From: an uncultured Candidatus Saccharibacteria bacterium
Lineage (GTDB): Bacteria; Patescibacteriota; Minisyncoccia; Phycocordibacterales; GWA1-40-21
Direction of reading: 5' to 3'
DNA length: 45,935 nt
Assembly: GCA_964485905.1 (NCBI GenBank)
Contig: CAZAJY010000003.1
Coordinates: forward strand, 1 to 45,935
Shown here in pieces: positions 45,782 through 45,935 of this stretch; position 1 is the first letter of the stretch; the number at the start of each line of letters is the position of its first letter. The position numbers were made by a program, and so were the translations under genes. The notes below the pieces were generated by a model that saw only the letters and a list, made by a program, of their open reading frames with translations, searched no databases and had not been told where the DNA came from.

Positions 45782-45935
45782 GCGGTGTGATTCACTATAT
45801 TAGTTAGTTCTTAAAATTTAAAAATAGTAAAAAATATTTATTTTGAAAAATAAGGAGTTTGGATTTAAATATCTAAACCTAAAAACCCTTACACGCTTTG
45901 GTTAATAGATTATCTATATTTTCGTCAAATTCTTC

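Noticed and set aside
1-45935. Alternative genetic code (TGA = Gly)
   Set aside because: Conserved genes are uninterrupted in code 11, and grpE ends at TGA in the expected place.

Overview
AT-rich bacterial chromosome segment using the standard code (TGA = stop). Gene content and streamlining point to a CPR/Patescibacteria (Parcubacteria-like) genome; this is inferred from the sequence, not a database result. It is mostly housekeeping: mnmA (3' part), alaS, the infA-rpmJ-rpsM-rpsK-rpsD-rpoA-rplQ-rplM-rpsI cluster, grpE-orf-dnaK-dnaJ, trpS, aspS, scpA/scpB, a cell-wall cluster (D,D-peptidase, mraY, ftsW, murG), gltX, an M23 peptidase, rpmA, rplI, ctpA, corA, cysS, a DEAD-box helicase, alr, khpA, rpsP, rnr, a short smc, rnc, a nusB-NUDIX fusion, rpmF, rnhB, trmD and a TspO fusion. 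I found no tRNA, rRNA, CRISPR array or transposase. The most unusual signals are: (1) an ORF with its own promoter between grpE and dnaK that ends in an R-A-P arrest-peptide-like motif; (2) short palindromic REP-like elements lying in frame inside several housekeeping genes; (3) a 77-bp direct repeat with tRNA-3'-end-like termini bracketing a foreign-looking gene and a highly structured element; (4) an apparently hinge-less SMC, although ScpA/B are present; (5) an ATP-cone nuclease plus PD-(D/E)XK nuclease pair; (6) a deletion scar fusing two convergent truncated genes; (7) pervasive leaderless promoter architecture.
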